Virus record (IMG/VR): IMGVR_UViG_3300038330_000020
Origin: a virus
Strand: one strand, 5' to 3'
DNA length: 41,749 bases
This document shows positions 41,603 through 41,749 of this stretch, one piece after another; within the stretch, counting starts at the first letter, position 1; the number at the start of each line of letters is the position of its first letter. The translations under genes were made by a program, and so were the position numbers. The notes under the pieces are model-generated. The model searched no databases. It saw only the letters and a list, made by a program, of their open reading frames with translations, and was not told the DNA's origin.

Positions 41603-41749
41603 GAACGTACCGGCTCAAGGGTGAAACCGGGCCTATTGGGGATTGTAAATTTGAGATAAGGGCGCTGAGTAATGACATCCGCGAACTTCAAAAAACTCGG
41701 CAAAAGGTGAAGCAAGAGCTGAGATCATTACAAGCGAAGAAAAAGAAGA
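41599..41749 (+). CDS. hypothetical coiled-coil protein (51 aa) spanning the contig junction; completed by bases 128-132 of the left repeat copy
   Basis: The ATG at 41599 overlaps the upstream TGA. The reading frame runs off the window and ends at the TGA at 130-132 in the identical left copy. Confidence 0.4.
   Translation, partial: MRTYRLKGETGPIGDCKFEIRALSNDIRELQKTRQKVKQELRSLQAKKKK
41623..41749. repeat. Terminal direct repeat, right copy (identical to 1..127)
   Basis: Exact 127-bp identity with the first 127 bases. Confidence 0.95.

Noticed and set aside
1-41749. Searched by eye for tRNA genes, integrase or recombinase genes, reverse transcriptase (DGR), toxin-antitoxin pairs and known defence or anti-defence genes.
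   Set aside because: No cloverleaf-like segments were seen, and no ORF carries R..HxxR..Y, YxDD or other diagnostic motifs. This absence is provisional until tRNAscan and HMM searches are run.

Overview
The window is one complete tailed-phage genome. Bases 1-127 are identical to 41623-41749, so the non-redundant unit is 41,622 bp and an ORF reads straight through the junction. Nearly all genes are on the + strand; the exception is a short minus-strand regulatory arm at 30265..31382. The morphogenesis module is podovirus-like with T7-like gene order. It runs small and large terminase (39666..41343), across the junction, then portal, scaffold and major capsid protein. Next come gp11-like and gp12-like tail tube proteins, gp13/gp14-position proteins and a tail-fibre adaptor with a T7 gp17-type N-terminus. 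These are followed by a 10 kb block of large fibre or glycan-binding genes, a cluster of small membrane proteins, and two internal-virion-type proteins of 491 and 1390 aa. No RNA polymerase, DNA polymerase, integrase, tRNA or CRISPR array is visible. The early region (31473..39394) is lambda-like. It has a divergent XRE-type and Ner/Cro-type switch, an initiator gene containing iterons and preceded by two DnaA boxes, and a possible G39P-like loader. It also has an SSB-like protein ending DDDMPF, a Cas4/RecB-like PD-(D/E)XK nuclease and a VRR-NUC nuclease. Observations worth follow-up: (1) four consecutive, translationally coupled fibre-locus proteins start with canonical Sec signal peptides ending in A-W-A/G; (2) a three-gene modification cassette (DUF115-like, SAM methyltransferase, GT-A glycosyltransferase) sits between capsid and tail genes; (3) the 1390-aa internal protein contains a PARP/ART-like H-Y-E segment; (4) several small-ORF cassettes are flanked by exact 20-30 bp direct repeats placed exactly on start or stop codons of neighbouring genes; (5) an origin with DnaA boxes plus iterons; (6) a long hairpin buries the capsid gene Shine-Dalgarno; (7) a secreted HAF-repeat protein is encoded in the early region; (8) no endolysin is recognisable. 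All functional calls rest on motif recognition by eye, since no searches were run.
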